Below are positions 25,506-35,021 of a DNA stretch of 64,000 nt, one piece after another (position 1 is the stretch's first letter; every line of letters starts with the position of its first letter). The notes beneath the pieces are model-generated. The model was not told where the DNA came from, ran no database searches, and saw only the letters and a program-made list of their open reading frames with translations. Both the position numbers and the translations under genes were made by a program. Source of the DNA: a bacterium (GTDB lineage: Bacteria > Patescibacteriota > Minisyncoccia > JAUYLV01); assembly GCA_030649025.1 (NCBI GenBank), contig JAUSGO010000016.1, forward strand, positions 4,851 to 68,850. The letters run 5' to 3'.

Positions 25506-27236
25506 TTAAGGTATCACTATTCCAAAAGCTCTATCGTTGGCAATATCGTCAGACAACTGATCGGTTCGGATGGCCTGGATGTCGGCGGTAAGTTGTCGTC
25601 CCGTGAACGAGTCAACCGCACTTAGCAGGGAAGCGCGTATCAGCTCAACGGACTTGCCAACTTGAGTTGTGGAGGGAATGACCGAAACCTGAAAGACCGT
25701 CTCAAAAGCCGGCTGGGTAATGCCGGTATTCGCCGGAACTCTAGGGATGAACCATATCACCTCTCCCGTCGCTTCGTTAAACGAAGGCTTCGCATCGGTA
25801 TAACGGCTTACGGCTTCCCCGGTTCCCATAACGCCGGAGGGAAGCGTAGAACGCACTTCAACATTTTCAAGATCATTTGCCGGAACAGAGACGCGCCAAT
25901 GAATCGTATAACGGGTTTCCGTGTTTGCCTTTGGGGGCAGGGGCCCAAAATTCACAATTCCCGATGAATCGTCTTTATAATATGCCACTGCCTCAAGTTC
26001 CGCACGCGTCTCAATTTTTATCTCCAGTAACGAAGATGACGATATCTTGTTCAGCGCAAGATATGGAGGAACATTAATGCTTTCTATGGTTACAATAACG
26101 CGCGCCGTAAAATTCGTATCTTCGGCGCTCGAAATCGGAAAAGCATCTTTAAGAGCCACGCGTAATGTTAGAAAATATTTTTCCCCAGGGTTCAAGAACA
26201 GCAATTCCTTAACATTTTGGGGATTCCAGATAACGATGTTGCGCGTGCTGTCGAAAAAACCGCGTTCGGCGCTAAGCCCTTTGAAAGAAAACAAAGAGCT
26301 TGCAAGCTCCGCGCGCAATACCACGTCCTTTAAGGGAACTTCAGCATTATTCTGATACCCAATTTTCATCGTAAGCATCTCTCCTAGGTGCGCGATATGA
26401 TCGGGATGGTCCTGTAGTTCAATCGTCACGGAAAGCGGCGGTGGAGAGATGATCGTGTCGAAAAAACTTTCTTGATAAGGAGAAAACTTTCCGTCGCGCA
26501 CAAAACCGATCTCGGCTTTTACTTTTTTCGCGTCACCCTCTTCTCCGTCCAGTGTCCCGGAAACTGCGATCCGCCCCTTGCCAAGCACTGCCACTTCACC
26601 GATATCCCATACATCTTCTTCGTAAGTCGGCGCGGGTTCGGCACTTGAAAACAAAAAGCCGTCGGGATAGTGCATCCGTATGCGTGTCTCGGCAAAAGCG
26701 TGGGGGGCAAGATTCTCGTACGTAAGAAAATAAACGATGTGTTCTCCGGCCACCGCGCGCTGAGGAACCACGAGATTTAGAAAAAATGCGGCATCGGCAA
26801 TGCGGATAACCGCGTCTGTTTTTTTACGGAACACGACACCCCCGGCGCTTTTATACGTGAGTTCTGCGCTTGAACGCATCACGCTGTTTTTTGTTCCGAT
26901 GACTCGTGCGGTAAATGTATACGAATACTCTTTGTTGGGCTGCAGAGTCCCCAAGGATACGTTTTTGATAAGCTGATCCGGATTCTCAAGAGGAATCGAA
27001 TTTTCTGGATAACGGAAAAAGAGCTCCGCCTCCTGAAGCGGTATGCCCGTGCCATTTTTGTAAGAAACAAGAAATGACACCTCGTCTCCGCTGGTTATGG
27101 CTTCCGGGACCGAGAGACCCAAAACAACTTCTGCCGCTCCTCTTGTCCCCTCCTGGCGAAGCACATAAAAAAGGCCCGCGACAGCCCCGCCAAGAATAAG
27201 AACAAAAAGAATGATGAGATAGACGTATTTGGACAT
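25506..27236 (-). CDS. Hypothetical membrane-anchored protein with repeated beta-sandwich-like modules (DUF11/CARDB-like repeats)
   Basis: N-terminal TM helix; ~110-aa internal repeats ending in ...YTFTARVIG / ...NFTARVIVT. Confidence 0.45.
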   Translation of the reverse strand: MSKYVYLIILFVLILGGAVAGLFYVLRQEGTRGAAEVVLGLSVPEAITSGDEVSFLVSYKNGTGIPLQEAELFFRYPENSIPLENPDQLIKNVSLGTLQPNKEYSYTFTARVIGTKNSVMRSSAELTYKSAGGVVFRKKTDAVIRIADAAFFLNLVVPQRAVAGEHIVYFLTYENLAPHAFAETRIRMHYPDGFLFSSAEPAPTYEEDVWDIGEVAVLGKGRIAVSGTLDGEEGDAKKVKAEIGFVRDGKFSPYQESFFDTIISPPPLSVTIELQDHPDHIAHLGEMLTMKIGYQNNAEVPLKDVVLRAELASSLFSFKGLSAERGFFDSTRNIVIWNPQNVKELLFLNPGEKYFLTLRVALKDAFPISSAEDTNFTARVIVTIESINVPPYLALNKISSSSLLEIKIETRAELEAVAYYKDDSSGIVNFGPLPPKANTETRYTIHWRVSVPANDLENVEVRSTLPSGVMGTGEAVSRYTDAKPSFNEATGEVIWFIPRVPANTGITQPAFETVFQVSVIPSTTQVGKSVELIRASLLSAVDSFTGRQLTADIQAIRTDQLSDDIANDRAFGIVIP

Positions 27237-27274
27237 GCTCCCAGTATACTATTTCTCACCGGAAATCCAAAACT

Positions 27275-27862
27275 TCAATCTGATGGCACCGGCGCAGCAA
27301 GATGTTTCAGCCCCTTCGCCATAGCAACAAACTGCGGTCCTAAAATATCCGTGTGCAGAAGTAGTCCGTCGTACGTCTGCAAAGAAGACTTCTTACAACT
27401 ATCGGCTAAATAGCCAAGGCACTTGAGAAACCGCCGCGCGAATCTTTCAAGAATGTCATGGAAATCTGCATGGACGGCTTCTCTTGCTCCTGCGAGTTCC
27501 TCAAGCGTTGTAAAAAGCAACTCCCAAAGCGCCACATCAACCGCGTGTGGGTAGAGATACGTATCATACATATTCGCAACACCCTCTCCGAGGTATGCAA
27601 TCTCTGTATGCGTACGCAATGCCGAAAACGTCTTATGCGACATGGCGTCAATGAGCACGCCTCTTCCGTGGTTTTTCGCGATCATAAATTCGCCATGCGT
27701 CAAAAGTTCCAGATGCCCCCTGAGCTTCGATTTTTCATGCCGAACTCCGCGCGCAACCGCCTCAACCTTGCCGTTATGCGGCGTATAAAACGAAATTAGG
27801 CGATCCGCATCGCCCCAGTTTTCATGACCTATGACAATTCCTTCAAATCTCGATTCGTGCAT
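27275..27862 (-). CDS. recO: DNA repair protein RecO-like
   Basis: 195 aa; N-terminal OB-fold-like region (EGIVIGHENWGDADRLISFYT..GKVEAVARG); 20-nt overlap with ileS start. Confidence 0.65.
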   Translation of the reverse strand: MHESRFEGIVIGHENWGDADRLISFYTPHNGKVEAVARGVRHEKSKLRGHLELLTHGEFMIAKNHGRGVLIDAMSHKTFSALRTHTEIAYLGEGVANMYDTYLYPHAVDVALWELLFTTLEELAGAREAVHADFHDILERFARRFLKCLGYLADSCKKSSLQTYDGLLLHTDILGPQFVAMAKGLKHLAAPVPSD

Positions 27863-30800
27863 GCGAACTGGTATCGCGCATTATTGCAAGCTCCGATCCC
27901 AAATTGAATTTCACGGTAACGGTGGAGGTTTTATTTTTAACTGCAATGCCCAGGTCGGATTCAAGTATTTTCTTTTCCTTTTCATCGCCGACCACAAGCT
28001 CAATTCTTTCACCAGGTTTTAGTCCGGCTTTTCTGCGCGCATCCTGAATCTTTCGCATAAGTTCACGCGCGTCACCCTCCGCCTGTAATTCCGGGGTAAT
28101 AAGAGTGTCCAATTCTTCCTTCTCGCCAAATACTATTTCTTTTACATTCAGTTCTTCTTTCAAAATATCTAAGAATCCCGCATCAAGATTTTTTATGCCA
28201 TATACCGACAATAAATCTGTGGATGTAGTGTATCTGGTGAGCGATTGCCGAATTTTTATTTTAGCCTCGGCCCGTTTCTCAAGACCCTTTGCAACCACAA
28301 TACGAACAATCTCCATCTCTCTAATAAGATTCAGTTCATCTTCTTTTATTATTGGCCCGGAGGGGTAGTCGGCCAAATGCACGGATTCTTTGTTTCCTAG
28401 TTCTTGCCATATTGCATCGGCAACAAACGGAATAAAGGGCGCCGCAAGACATGAAACGGTTTCAAGAACCTTCCGGAATGCTGCCATGGACACTTTGTTC
28501 TCCTGTAGGCGTTCGCGGCTTCTTCGAACATACCATTGCGAGAGGTCGTCAACTACGAATCGCTCAATTGCGCGCGCAGCTCCTGTGACATCATAAGAAT
28601 CTAATTTTTCAAGCCGTACTACCTGAACGAGAATTCCTAACTTGGATAGAATCCATTTATCAAGCTTATGTTCAGCTACTTCCTCTTGCTCGTTGGCTTT
28701 CTGCCCCCTTTCATATGTCTTATAAAACACCGCGCAATTCCATAGCGTTCCCAAAAATCCGCGCATGCGCTCCTCGACATGCTTTTCGTCGAACAACTTG
28801 TAATCTCCGGGGTCATTTGCGGTAAAAAAATACCAGCGAAGGGCGTCCACGCCGTATTTGCTGATAATGTCCCAGGGGCTTACCACATTTCCTTTAGATT
28901 TGGACATCTTCTGTCCCTTGGCATCCAGCACGTGAGAGAGCGAAATGACGTTTTTATATGGCGCACCTTTGTCGAGCAGGGTGGAAACTGCAAGTAGGGT
29001 ATAGAACCAACCGCGTGTCTGATCTATGGCTTCCGAAATATATTCGGCGGGAAACGTCTTGCCGCTATCAATATCGTCTTTGTGCTCGAACGGATAATGT
29101 CCTTGCGCGAACGGCATGGACCCGGAGTCGAACCATACATCTATAAGTTCCTTGACGCGCGTCATTTTTTTTCCACACCTACAGCACAGATAAAACTCAT
29201 CGACATAAGGACGGTGAAGATTTACACTTCCTTCTTCGTCTCGGGGCATGGTGCCATAAAAAATCTTTCGAGGTTCGGCATATGTAGGGTATTCTTCCCG
29301 CCCGGTTGGCTGTGTGCCGACTTGCCTAAAATCGTCATCGCCAAACCCCGAGAGCGTACGTTCCAGAACCCACAAGGGGTCACCATGGCTTACGATAAGG
29401 ATGTTCTTGCCCTGATGTTTTTCTTCAAGCTCCATCCAGAATGCCATCATGCGCCCCCTAAGATCTGCCCACGTTTCTCCTCCCTCCACCGCTGTATCAA
29501 ACCGATTAAGGCTCCTTGACGCAAAGTACTCATGATACTCCGCTGCCGGCTTCCCACCGAAATCCCCGACCCGTATCTCGCGTAGCCGCTCGTCGAAAGA
29601 AACTTTAATGCCAAGTGCTTCGCCGATCGTCTCCGCGGTTTCTTTCGTGCGCAAAAGGTCGGAAGAGAAGATAAGATCAATGCCGGATTTTTTAAGTTTC
29701 TCGGCGGCAACAAATACCTGCCTCCTTCCTTCCTGGGTAAGATGGTTCTGGTCTTCCACTTTATCACTCATTCTATTTAAGCAATTGAATTCCGCTTCGC
29801 CGTGACGCGAAGCGTAATAGGTATTGCCGGACTTTTTATAGGCCCGCGCATCCAGTTCTTCAAGAGAGCCGATGCATTCCTCTTTTCCGCACGCTTCACA
29901 TTTCCAAATAGGCAGGGGTGTCCCCCAATACCGTTCGCGCGAGAAATTCCAGTCTTTTACTTCTTTCAGCCACTCTCCGAATCTCCCCTCTTTCATGTGT
30001 TCGGGAACCCACGTTATATAATTGTTATTCTCAATGAGTTTCTCGCGAACGCGCGACATCGAAATAAACCATGAGGGTTTTGCGTAATATAAAAGTGGTC
30101 TGTCACAGCGCCAGCAGAATGGGTAATCGTGAGCGCAAGCTTCTTCTTTAAATAAAATTTCCCGCTCTTTCAGGTCCGCGGTGATATCTTTATCCGCGTC
30201 CTTAACAAACTTCCCTTCTCCCGGAATGCCCAGGCCCTTTTTCACCGTGCCATCCAACTCCACGGTATGCAGGTTTGGCAAGTTATGTTCCTTCCCTAGA
30301 TTATAGTCATCTTCTCCATACATGGGCGCGATGTGGACCACGCCCGTACCATCGGCGGTGGAAACAAAATCAGCAGTATATATTTTATATGCGTTTTCGT
30401 TTTTTTCTTTGAGCGTTCCGTAAAGCGGTTCGTACTTCCATCCAATTAGTCCCTTCCCCGCACGAGTATCTTTAATGTCAAACGAACCTTCGGGCAGCGC
30501 CGAAAGTCGGTCTTTGGCCACATAGAAATGTTCTTTCGTCTCCTTTACATATACATGCGCGTACAGAATATTTTCTCCAACTGCGAGAGCTAAATTCGCC
30601 GGCAACGTCCAAGGCGTAGTAGTCCAAACGAGAATATACACGTTGCCTGTTTTTATTTTTTCGTCGTTCCCCTCAGTAACTTTAAACTTCACATACACCG
30701 AATTCTCGGAAATATTCTTATACCCCTGCGCAACTTCGTGGCTAGATAACCCTGTGCCGCACCGCGCGCAGTAGGGTACCACCTTATGTCCCTGGTATAA

Positions 30801-31310
30801 AAACCTGTTCCCTTTCTCGTCCCTCCGTTCCCATATCCGCCTGATAACCCACCAAAGCGTCTCCATATACTTTGGGTCGTAGGTGATGTAGGGACGGGCC
30901 ATGTCAAGCCAAAATCCCATGCGGTCGGTCAGCTTTTCCCATTCGTCTTTATAGGTCCACACCGACTCCTTACATTTTTTGTTGAATGCGGCAATGCCGT
31001 ATTGTTCAATGTCTTTTTTTGATTTCAGCCCCAGTTGTTTCTCCACTTCCAGCTCGACCGGGAGACCGTGCGTATCCCACCCGGCTTTTCGAGAAACAAA
31101 AAATCCCGCCATGGTTTTATAGCGGCAGATAATGTCCTTGAATGCGCGCGCAAGCACGTGATGGATACCGGGGCGGCCGTTTGCGGTTGGCGGCCCTTCA
31201 AAAAATACGAAGGGTTCGACGCCCTTGCGCCGCTCAAGACTTTTTTCAAACGTTTTATTCTCGCGCCATCGCGCAAGGACCCCTTCTTCAAGTTCCGGAA
31301 AACTTATCAT
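27843..31310 (-). CDS. ileS: Isoleucyl-tRNA synthetase (type 2-like) carrying an inserted histidine-phosphatase domain
   Basis: HIGH-region PPTANGRPGIHHVLARAFKD, KMSKSKGN, editing domain, Zn-binding CxxC pairs; 1155 aa. Confidence 0.95.
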   Translation of the reverse strand: MISFPELEEGVLARWRENKTFEKSLERRKGVEPFVFFEGPPTANGRPGIHHVLARAFKDIICRYKTMAGFFVSRKAGWDTHGLPVELEVEKQLGLKSKKDIEQYGIAAFNKKCKESVWTYKDEWEKLTDRMGFWLDMARPYITYDPKYMETLWWVIRRIWERRDEKGNRFLYQGHKVVPYCARCGTGLSSHEVAQGYKNISENSVYVKFKVTEGNDEKIKTGNVYILVWTTTPWTLPANLALAVGENILYAHVYVKETKEHFYVAKDRLSALPEGSFDIKDTRAGKGLIGWKYEPLYGTLKEKNENAYKIYTADFVSTADGTGVVHIAPMYGEDDYNLGKEHNLPNLHTVELDGTVKKGLGIPGEGKFVKDADKDITADLKEREILFKEEACAHDYPFCWRCDRPLLYYAKPSWFISMSRVREKLIENNNYITWVPEHMKEGRFGEWLKEVKDWNFSRERYWGTPLPIWKCEACGKEECIGSLEELDARAYKKSGNTYYASRHGEAEFNCLNRMSDKVEDQNHLTQEGRRQVFVAAEKLKKSGIDLIFSSDLLRTKETAETIGEALGIKVSFDERLREIRVGDFGGKPAAEYHEYFASRSLNRFDTAVEGGETWADLRGRMMAFWMELEEKHQGKNILIVSHGDPLWVLERTLSGFGDDDFRQVGTQPTGREEYPTYAEPRKIFYGTMPRDEEGSVNLHRPYVDEFYLCCRCGKKMTRVKELIDVWFDSGSMPFAQGHYPFEHKDDIDSGKTFPAEYISEAIDQTRGWFYTLLAVSTLLDKGAPYKNVISLSHVLDAKGQKMSKSKGNVVSPWDIISKYGVDALRWYFFTANDPGDYKLFDEKHVEERMRGFLGTLWNCAVFYKTYERGQKANEQEEVAEHKLDKWILSKLGILVQVVRLEKLDSYDVTGAARAIERFVVDDLSQWYVRRSRERLQENKVSMAAFRKVLETVSCLAAPFIPFVADAIWQELGNKESVHLADYPSGPIIKEDELNLIREMEIVRIVVAKGLEKRAEAKIKIRQSLTRYTTSTDLLSVYGIKNLDAGFLDILKEELNVKEIVFGEKEELDTLITPELQAEGDARELMRKIQDARRKAGLKPGERIELVVGDEKEKKILESDLGIAVKNKTSTVTVKFNLGSELAIMRDTSSHARIEI
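29226..29828 (-). other. In-frame insertion (~residues 495-695 of IleRS) encoding a histidine phosphatase (phosphoglycerate-mutase-like) domain
   Basis: Motifs RHGEAEFN (RHG), LTQEGRRQ, SSDLLRTKETAE, ILIVSHGDPL between WKCEACGKEEC and NLHRPYVDEFYLCCRCG, where IleRS normally has only a short linker. Confidence 0.6.
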
Positions 31311-31397
31311 AGCAGATGTATTTTAAGCTAATCCTGCCATATGGTCAAAAATTAAAAGCCGCTGGCGCACAATCGCGCGCCAGCGGCGTAAGAACGA

Positions 31398-31949
31398 CTA
31401 GTCCTCTAAAACGACGACCTCCTCCGCCGCGGGAGTGGAGTGTTCGTCTCTCGAGCGCCCTTCGGGCCGGATAAAAACTTCATCCTTCTCGAAGAACCCG
31501 ATAAAGTCGCTCGGATCTCTCCGAATGACTCTTTTGACATGGAAGAAGATCTTGCTGCTCGGGTTTGCCTTGGGAGCCGCAAAACCAAACCCTCGCTCCG
31601 GGTTGAAATGGACAACTTCTGCGGCGACAAATCCGCTCCCGCCGTTGAGGCTCTGGATTGCGTGCACCGTGTCCTTCCACCTCTTTGATTCGCGAACCGG
31701 AACCCGCTCGATATCGCGGGCAATCCTGCCCTCCGCGTCGAAGCTCACAACTTGCCCGTCCCGGAGACATTCCAGGCCAGGAGTTCGAAGTTCGTTCCGA
31801 AACAGCGAATAATCCTTGATGCCGTCGTGCTCGATTGTCCGGGCAAAGGGGAAAAACAACATATCCCCTTCTTCGTCCCGATACCAATCTTCTCTTCCTT
31901 TGTCCCACGCGGGTTTTCGTATCACAACTCCGAAAATTCTGTCGTTCAT
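31398..31949 (-). CDS. Cold-shock-domain protein (two CSD-like modules)
   Basis: C-terminal module GFVAAEVVHFNPERGFGFAAPKANPSSKIFFHVKRV resembles CspA (GxVKWFN..KGFGFI...G.D.F.H); N-terminal half looks like a degenerate second CSD. Confidence 0.55.
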   Translation of the reverse strand: MNDRIFGVVIRKPAWDKGREDWYRDEEGDMLFFPFARTIEHDGIKDYSLFRNELRTPGLECLRDGQVVSFDAEGRIARDIERVPVRESKRWKDTVHAIQSLNGGSGFVAAEVVHFNPERGFGFAAPKANPSSKIFFHVKRVIRRDPSDFIGFFEKDEVFIRPEGRSRDEHSTPAAEEVVVLED

Positions 31950-32117
31950 CGTTTTTCTCCTTGTTTTGGGCCCTTTTTTCAACGAACACGTATTGCATAA
32001 AAACGCTATCGGGCCTGATCTGACGATAGCGCAATGATAGCATTTCTCTTAGATTCTGTCAACCCCGTTAGAAGTAGGACGCTGACGCAAGCGTCTGCGA
32101 CTTCTAACGGGGTCAAG

Positions 32118-33734
32118 CTACATGTGGCTGGGGGCAGAGATACCCATAATTTTAAGAGTGCTCGTAAGAACGAACTTCGTCGCCTGTACAAGCATCAGGC
32201 GCGCCATGCTCACATTCCGGTCAACATCAATGACGCGGGTGGTGTCGTAGAATCTATGGAACACAGCGGCAAGCTGCATGGTGTATTGTGGCAGACGATG
32301 CACTGCGTATGTCTGCGCTATATCTTCCACCAGTTCTGGAAATTGTAAGAGTATTTTGATAAGAGAAAATTCTTCGGGCTTTTGTAAAAGCTTCAGGTCC
32401 TGTTTTGCCTTGCGGTCTCCCCGCTCTTGCGCCCTCTTCAAAATATTCGAGAGTCGTGCGTGCGCATACTGCACGTAGTAGACTGGATTTTTTTGAGAAT
32501 GTTCCTTGGCAACCGCCAGATCAAAATCCAAATGCGAGTTCGGCTCACGCATAAGGAAGAAGAACCGCGCCACATCCACGCCGACATCATCGAATAATTC
32601 GGAGAGCGTGACGAAATTCCCCGTGCGCTTTGACATACGCGTTTCCTTGCCGTCTTCCATGAGACGCACCAGCTGCATAAGAATTATGTGCACATCGGGT
32701 TTCCCGAACATCTGCATCGCCGCGTTCAGGCGCGCCACGGCACCATGGTGGTCGGCGCCCCAGATAGTGATGAGCTTGGTAAATCCCCGCTTCCACTTTT
32801 CCAGATGATACGCAATGTCTGAGGCAAGATACGTGTAATTTTTTTGGATACTTTTCACCAACACCCGGTCTTCGGTATCGCCGAATGCCGACGTTTTCAA
32901 CCAAATTGCACCTTCTTTTTCATACGTCAGACCCTTTTTCTCAAGCATTTTTAACGCCTTCTCAACAAGTCCCTTTCCGCGAATATCTCCGTCTTCCGAT
33001 ATCCACTTATCAAATGAGATTCCCGCCCGTTTTATGGGCGGCTTTATCTCGCGATCGAGAATGCGGTGCGCAACCTCTTTTCCCAGTTCCTCGGGATCCG
33101 CAATATATGTTTCCAGCAGTCTCTCGTATGTTTCCTTTGCGTATGATGCGATATAACCGCCCTGATAGTGCTGTTCCTGTTTTTCGGCAAGGCCTGCTGC
33201 GGCAAGAATGGATTCGCCGAGCGTCCGCATCTGGTTTCCCGCATCGTTGATGTAATATTCTTTCTCGGCCTTTGCGCCGGCAAACTGTAAAACATTATAC
33301 AGCGCATCTCCGTAAAATCCGCCCCGGCCATTTGCAAGCGTTAGGGGTCCGGTTGGGTTTGCGGATATGAATTCAATATTGACGTACTCTTTCAATTTCC
33401 CTCTGCCGAATTTCTCTTTCGCCTTCAAAATCTCTCCGACCGATCTTTGAAGAAATTTCTGTGATAGGAAAAAATTTACAAAGCCGGGCTTCGCGGTCTC
33501 AATTCTTTCGATGTAATCGCCGAGTTCTTTATCCTTTCCCAGATTTTCTTTGACAAGTTCGGCGATCTCCATGGGATTTTTTTTGAGCCATTTGGTAGCA
33601 AGCAGCGACGCGTTTGTCGCATAGTCTCCGTGTTCCGGCTTCTCTGTTTTTTCCACGGAAAAAGAAACATCTCCCGCGCCGAGGCTTTTAAGCGATCTTT
33701 GTATTGCGGCTCTTATGGTGTCTCGCGGTGTCAT
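32118..33734 (-). CDS. argS: Arginyl-tRNA synthetase (start placed at internal Met MTPRDTIRAA)
   Basis: ANPTGPLTLANGRGG (HIGH-region variant typical of ArgRS) and MSKRTGNFVTL (KMSK); N-terminal Arg-tRNA-binding domain. Confidence 0.9.
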   Translation of the reverse strand: MTPRDTIRAAIQRSLKSLGAGDVSFSVEKTEKPEHGDYATNASLLATKWLKKNPMEIAELVKENLGKDKELGDYIERIETAKPGFVNFFLSQKFLQRSVGEILKAKEKFGRGKLKEYVNIEFISANPTGPLTLANGRGGFYGDALYNVLQFAGAKAEKEYYINDAGNQMRTLGESILAAAGLAEKQEQHYQGGYIASYAKETYERLLETYIADPEELGKEVAHRILDREIKPPIKRAGISFDKWISEDGDIRGKGLVEKALKMLEKKGLTYEKEGAIWLKTSAFGDTEDRVLVKSIQKNYTYLASDIAYHLEKWKRGFTKLITIWGADHHGAVARLNAAMQMFGKPDVHIILMQLVRLMEDGKETRMSKRTGNFVTLSELFDDVGVDVARFFFLMREPNSHLDFDLAVAKEHSQKNPVYYVQYAHARLSNILKRAQERGDRKAKQDLKLLQKPEEFSLIKILLQFPELVEDIAQTYAVHRLPQYTMQLAAVFHRFYDTTRVIDVDRNVSMARLMLVQATKFVLTSTLKIMGISAPSHM

Positions 33735-33755
33735 GGAGCCATGGTAGCAGAAAAA

Positions 33756-33785
33756 TTGCCATACTGAAAGAGAGGCGTGTATACT
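33756..33785 (+). promoter_or_regulatory. Sigma70-like promoter TTGCCA -18 nt- TATACT for gene 33802-34275 (divergent from argS)
   Basis: Hexamers match consensus 5/6 and 5/6; followed by GGAGG RBS and ATG at 33802. Confidence 0.4.
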
Positions 33786-33801
33786 GACCGTGGAGGCGTT
33801 T

Positions 33802-34275
33802 ATGTCAAAAAAATGGAGTATTGCGTACCTGTATCTGCCAATAGCCATCATCGTTCTTCTCGATATCGCGCTCACCTTCGACGGCAATCTTCCTCACTTC
33901 CTTGACAGAACAAAAATCATCAGAGAGATCTCTCCCGTAGGCAGAGCGTTTATCTCGGTGGGTCCGGCAACGTTCATTTTTGCATCCATGCTCTACGTTG
34001 CGGCCATTTTTATGTTGCTCTGGCGCTTATCGGAGTATAAAAAGCTTGCGCTTTTTTTCTCGTTAATATTCGCGCATGGAAACGCGGGACTTGGATGGCT
34101 GGTAAGCGGCTTAAGGGAGTCGTTGTGCGTGAACGCACATGGAACGACAAGCTGTACTACCGGACACGACACAGCTCTTTGGATATTTTCCATTCTTGCA
34201 GCATTGCTCTTCGGACTTGTGTGCGCCTGGGCCATCAAGGCGTATTACGCCACGCAGTCTTCGCTTGATGACTAG
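33802..34275 (+). CDS. Hypothetical membrane protein (4-5 predicted TM helices)
   Basis: Start at ATG 33802 with GGAGG 5 nt upstream (the ORF track begins at an upstream GTG); hydrophobic segments; followed by a terminator. Confidence 0.5.
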   Translation: MSKKWSIAYLYLPIAIIVLLDIALTFDGNLPHFLDRTKIIREISPVGRAFISVGPATFIFASMLYVAAIFMLLWRLSEYKKLALFFSLIFAHGNAGLGWLVSGLRESLCVNAHGTTSCTTGHDTALWIFSILAALLFGLVCAWAIKAYYATQSSLDD

Positions 34276-34285
34276 ATTCTAAATA

Positions 34286-34310
34286 CCCGACTGTGCATAG
34301 TCGGGTTTTT
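34286..34310 (+). terminator. Rho-independent terminator CCCGACT-GTGCAT-AGTCGGG plus TTTTT
   Basis: Perfect 7-bp stem and T-run 10 nt after the stop codon. Confidence 0.65.
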
Positions 34311-34369
34311 CTAAAACCTTTACGGACAAAGAGGCCGTGGATATCAGTGCCAGTAAAAGAAAAATCCCC

Positions 34370-34840
34370 TCAACGTGCATGAGGGGCGGAAACGTCTGTG
34401 TAGAGATAGACGTCGTAAGCCAGGAAGCATAGACCGTATTTGGTATAAACCGCTCGCTCGAGCAGTATGGCATCCAAGCACGCTTTAAGATCGGACCGAG
34501 TACCCGGCGGAAGGATTTTGCCCTCGTGGATCGTCTGACGGAAGACGAACGGCTGCAGAAACTTCTCGTCCGTTTCATTTTGCGTCGAGTGATACCACAG
34601 ATAGGCCGTGGTATCGATGTAGAGATTAAGGTCCGATTGAGAGGCCAGGAACGTACGGCCGCACTCCATAGTCTCAAAAAGGAAGAATGAATCTCGGAAG
34701 ATGATGTGGTGAATCTTTCTCTCCACCATATCTTCGAACGAAATTCCTTCATGAAATTTCACGATGTCGACCTGAGTTTTTAAAGGTGCTTCGAGCCATG
34801 GATATTTCGAAAGTATCTCTCTTATCTTTTTCAGCTGCAT
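34370..34840 (-). CDS. Hypothetical protein (156 aa)
   Basis: AAGGAG Shine-Dalgarno 5 nt upstream of ATG at 34840; chosen over the overlapping alternative-frame ORF 34279-34752. Confidence 0.45.
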   Translation of the reverse strand: MQLKKIREILSKYPWLEAPLKTQVDIVKFHEGISFEDMVERKIHHIIFRDSFFLFETMECGRTFLASQSDLNLYIDTTAYLWYHSTQNETDEKFLQPFVFRQTIHEGKILPPGTRSDLKACLDAILLERAVYTKYGLCFLAYDVYLYTDVSAPHAR

Positions 34841-35021
34841 GCCTTCTCCTTTTCCTGGTTGGTTCGGGAGTTTTTGCCCCTGATTGAGGCTTTCCGGCCC
34901 GACTGCACCGGAAGAAATAGGGTAACATTTTAAAATTTCTATGTCCAGTGACCGAAGAGGTGTTCGGTGAATAAAACTCCACGGCCCTATGGCCGTGGTT
35001 TTTTCCTCGGTTGTATTAAGA

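Noticed and set aside
34279-34752. Alternative-frame minus-strand ORF (157 aa) overlapping 34370-34840
   Set aside because: The 34370-34840 frame has a good AAGGAG RBS and more protein-like composition. The alternative is Arg/Ser-rich with no RBS.
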